A stretch of DNA of 64,000 nucleotides, taken from NCBI GenBank assembly GCA_032718475.1, contig JAUCBJ010001945.1, positions 1-64,000 of the forward strand. Reading direction: 5' to 3'. The position numbers and the translations under genes were made by a program. This document shows, piece by piece, positions 60,142 to 64,000 of this stretch; position 1 is the stretch's first letter, and each line of letters opens with the position of its first letter. Source of the stretch: Nemertoderma westbladi. Lineage: Eukaryota; Animalia; Xenacoelomorpha. The notes below the pieces were generated by a model. It ran no database searches and had not been told where the DNA came from. It saw only the letters and a list, made by a program, of their open reading frames with translations.

Positions 60142-61307
60142 AAGTTACAGTGCCATTAGTGATTGTTTTTCTTGCGAAATCTCTAATTTGTCACAAAATG
60201 TGCCCGAAAAGTTATAGAAAAAACACCAATCCCCCCATATTTATCAATACCGCTTTGATAAATTGGATAAAACCATGCTGCGCACATGCTCGAAATGAAA
60301 CTAAATTTGGAAAAAGTGTTGTTGCTGATTTGGAATCGGCATGTATTTCTGTTTCATTTTCAGATAAGGAATATTACTAAATTATATTACTATTCATTCA
60401 AACTATCTTCAATAAAGAATACGGTATTCAGGTGACAGTCGAAATTTATTGGAAATTTTATATTTTGTATTTTTAATTTTTTAGTGTATTATTGTGCTTA
60501 ATTCGTTCTCCTAACCTCCACAGATACTAATTCGTTTATTTAGATTCTCAGCCCGTCTGTAACCTGGCTAATTGCTTTTAACAAGCATCTGGTATTCTCC
60601 ATCAAGGGGAAACTCCAGTATACTTTGGTATACTGGTATACTTTTTATGGGCCCTTATTGTTTGTGGGTTTATGCGTTAATGGCATATTATTTATTACAA
60701 GTATGTGAGGGCAGTAAGTCCACTAAATTCAGATGAGCTTTTTCTGCGAGGAGTATAATTAATTAGTGGACTAAGTCAAGTCATTCGCCCCCTAGCGGTC
60801 GACATAATAACTAGAGAGGTTTGTCTGTGTGTATAATTTCTAAACTTGTGATAGACACAAGTCTACATATTACATTTCAACAAAGATAAACGATTTATTA
60901 GCCTTCATACATTTCCAACGACGACAACGACAATGCGTCCACTACGGTAAGGCTCACCAGGACTTACGTGGCTCGCCCCACAGCTGATCTTGTCTCACTT
61001 ATTTCAGAATTTCATCAAAATGTCCCATTTAAAATTCAGGAAAAGTTAAAGGGACTTGGTACACGAATACAATATAATTTGTTTCATGTTTTTGTGGAAA
61101 TAAAATATGTTTCGTTACAGTTGGAGGTGTCGTTGAGATTACAAATAACGTTCTTAAATTATACAAACGAAAGATCAACTGTTACTATTCACTTAATCAA
61201 TTAATTGATAAACTAAAAGCACAACGTGGCTAATCTACAACGAATTACGTTGGCTGGCGAAGTTATTGCGACGCTATAAATATTATATCTAGAAAAAATG
61301 GGAGCCG

Positions 61308-62678
61308 CTAGAGAAAGTTGAGCCCGATGCCAAATTGAGGCCCTTTACGCTGATTGTCCTGAGCCTGGTACTTAATGGGAAAGGCGAAATTAAATTCGGC
61401 GCGAGCGGGGAACGGGAATCCTTTAGTGGCGAGGGAAACTCCGAAACCGAGAGAAAGTCGGGTTGCCTTGGTGTCCAACAGTTCGGAGAGGGTGCGGGTC
61501 ATACCGAGTCGGTTGTCGACGTTAACTAGGTTCCCGAGGGTGGAGAAGAGATGGAAGGAGGCACACATAGTCTCATCCGTCTGCTCCTCTCGTCGCCATG
61601 GGTAGAGTCGGTACCGCGCGTGGACCCCCATCCCGTAGTACAGGTTGCCGCCCAGCATGACCTCGCGTCTCCCGGGACCGAGACCGTTGAGATCGAATCC
61701 GCGCACGGTGGTGGGGCCCCCATAGAAGAATCGGTCGGCTATCGAGCTGCGCGTCCCCACCGAGTTGAGATGCCCCGTCTGGAGACCCGCAGTCACCACC
61801 AGGTCATTCAGCAAGGAGTAGTTGAACTCCAAATCGAGTTGATTCTTAATCCCCAAGGTGTCCCCACCTAGTAGGCCCATCACCTCGGTAACAAACCGAA
61901 CCAAGGAGCCGCGCTTCGGTTCCAACACGTTGTCCCGGGAGTCATTGGTTACCGAGTGCCGGAGGGATTGCTTTACTGTGTTCCCAGCCTCGTTTCGTAT
62001 CTCCATCAGATCGACCGCTTTGTACGGCTCGATCTCCCGCCACACGGCTTCGTACGCCGCAGTGTGGCGCCCCAACGAGGAGGTGAAGTTGATCGCGGTC
62101 GACATGCCGCGTTGCGTCTCGACGTATCGCGACCAGAAGCAGTCGTTCTCTCGTTGGAACACCGAGGCCTCGCCGTCGATGTGTCGGTAGTTATGCAACG
62201 TCGGTTTGTGGAAGGTGGCGGAGAACGCGTTTCCGCGCGTCTGTAGGAACTCTCGTTCTGCGTTTAGCGACAATCTTTCCCCCCTCCCCAGCGGGTTGAG
62301 ACATTGCAACCGAAGATCGACGTCCCACGCACTGCTTCCAACGTGCGACGCCAACCTTCCATCCCATAACTTTTCAACCGCTGTGAAATTAATCTGAACA
62401 TCTGAACTTCCCTTATCGCATTGTTCAACCCTCCACTCAACCGGCCCTTTATAGATTCCTAAAGCTTCCAGCTCATTCTTCACTTTCTCCGATAATTCGA
62501 TGACATCTGCCAGAGGAGAATCCACAACATCCAGAAGAGGTCCTAGGAATAGGGCTAGAAAATCGCCCTTAGTTCGTCCTGAGTTTATTCGAACACGCTT
62601 TACGTTGACGCGTTTATCTTCGGAAATATTAAGCTCACCACTCCGTTGAGGATTCGAACCAAATAATTTACTCTTCAT
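61308..62678 (-). CDS. SAMM50: Sorting and assembly machinery component 50 (Omp85/BamA family), 456 aa, intronless CDS
   Basis: POTRA-like N-terminus (GRTKGDFL..LEALGIYK..F.AVE), NPLGRGERL, DRFFYGGPTTVRGF, LGGNLYY, RAEFNFAFP and C-terminal beta-signal QFGIGLNFL. Confidence 0.95.
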   Translation of the reverse strand: MKSKLFGSNPQRSGELNISEDKRVNVKRVRINSGRTKGDFLALFLGPLLDVVDSPLADVIELSEKVKNELEALGIYKGPVEWRVEQCDKGSSDVQINFTAVEKLWDGRLASHVGSSAWDVDLRLQCLNPLGRGERLSLNAEREFLQTRGNAFSATFHKPTLHNYRHIDGEASVFQRENDCFWSRYVETQRGMSTAINFTSSLGRHTAAYEAVWREIEPYKAVDLMEIRNEAGNTVKQSLRHSVTNDSRDNVLEPKRGSLVRFVTEVMGLLGGDTLGIKNQLDLEFNYSLLNDLVVTAGLQTGHLNSVGTRSSIADRFFYGGPTTVRGFDLNGLGPGRREVMLGGNLYYGMGVHARYRLYPWRREEQTDETMCASFHLFSTLGNLVNVDNRLGMTRTLSELLDTKATRLSLGFGVSLATKGFPFPARAEFNFAFPIKYQAQDNQRKGPQFGIGLNFL

Positions 62679-63160
62679 AACTCTCTAACTTTAAACTAAG
62701 ACATTAACATAACATTAATTATTATTATATTAACATTAACACTTTTTTGCGGTCACAATAATTCATAGTAGGGTAATTAATACCGGTAGTAATTATTACA
62801 CACGCTTCGAACTACAGTACTGGTACCGGTACGGTATATTACCTGTAACTTTTGAACATTTTTCAGAAAGAGTCACCCAACTACAGCTAATACAGTTTGC
62901 CAACACATTGTTACTACCCTACTACAGAACTAATCATCATTGTTAATAAGAAAGCAACAACCCTTGGACTCTATTCACTACTTCACGTTTGCAGCGCAAA
63001 GCATAACGTCGGTACTAATTATAATTAATTATAATGTACCATCTGTACGTATAAAGTTGTTCATACTAGTTTTTGTTTTTACAATCTAGTTAATAAAAAA
63101 TTGTTCTTAGGGATATGTTAGGTAGTTAGTTATTTAAAATGTTAATATTCTAGAACACTA

Positions 63161-63898
63161 CACCTTGCGTAGGCCCTACCCATCGACCAGATTTTCTATA
63201 CTACCTAGTTTTTCTACGTTTTTTTATGTTCCAGAACGTGTTCGCTATCAATTTATTAAGAAAAATATTAATGTTCTAGAACACATTTTTTTTTGTTCTG
63301 ACAATTTTATTTAAAAAAACATATTTTTTAAACTAGCTAGTTTTTGAGACTTTTTTTAAATGTTCTAGAACATGTTGTTTGTTATGTTAGCTATCCATTA
63401 CGAAAAATAGTAATGTTCTAGAACACATAATTTTGGTTCTAGAATATTTCTTCGAAAGAAAATTTAATAGTACAGGGATCGTTATAGAACCTGTATTAAA
63501 AACAAATTGTCATTTCAAATGATTGGCCCTCTTATAGTAACTTACAGTATTTTGAATCTAGAACGTAGGCCTATAACACACAAACACTCGATTTATATTG
63601 TTATAGGAGGATTTGTTTGGTAGTTAATGTTATAAATATGAGAGGTGGAGGTGGTGATGAGGGTCGTCACTCCTATATTACACTTACAAAAGATTGTATA
63701 TAATATAAAATAATTCACCGCAAATTTGAGTAGTGAAAATGAAGTTATTTTTTAAAATAAAATGTTATAGAACAAAAAATATTTATTCCTGAACACAATT
63801 TGTTTTAAAAATAAATATAAAAAGTGTTCTAGAACCCTTAAAAAAAGGTAACAAAAATTAGCTCGTGTAAATAATCTCGTCTATGGGTACCCAAGGTG
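63161..63898. mobile_element. MITE with TA TSD upstream of SAM50, rich in TTCTAGAA motifs
   Basis: TA|caccttg..tacccatcgaccagatt pairs with aatctcgtctatgggta.ccaaggtg|TA. Confidence 0.65.
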
Positions 63899-64000
63899 TA
63901 GTTAAGCGAAATATTAGCTGGGAGTAGTGGGGGGTTATTGTTTCACTGAGGTACCAATTATAGGCCTACGCATTGCAATTGGATATTCACACTGACTACA

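Noticed and set aside
61335-62397. Antisense ORFs over SAM50 (and over aldolase 2)
   Set aside because: Shadow ORFs of GC-rich coding sequence.

Overview
AT-rich eukaryotic (almost certainly animal) genomic DNA. It holds two intronless class I aldolase paralogs (2545-3621, 8855-9934, +) and an intronless SAM50 gene (61308-62678, -). It also holds a 10-exon, 515-codon ZDHHC1/ZDHHC11-type palmitoyltransferase gene (CDS 15038-39944, +), which I assembled by hand and which the ORF track misses. Intron 2 of that gene is a U12-type intron hosting a tRNA-Glu(TTC) gene. The most striking signal is that several large minisatellites in this gene are tandem amplifications of its own exon/intron junctions: about 67 copies of the exon 3 donor, 3-4 of the exon 4 donor, about 115 of the exon 5 acceptor and a degenerate array of the exon 6 donor. 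Each wrong splice choice hits an in-frame TAG, and each acceptor unit is itself a 56-nt GT...AG mini-intron. The other big satellites expanded inside a MITE, a SINE and a TSD-flanked element. A young 14.8-kb non-autonomous BEL/Pao-type LTR element (42938-57728, 1256-bp LTRs, CCATG TSD) sits inside an RTE LINE remnant. It lacks RT and integrase but carries Helentron-like cargo and an extra zinc-knuckle ORF. All calls come from reading the sequence; no database searches were run and copy numbers are estimates.
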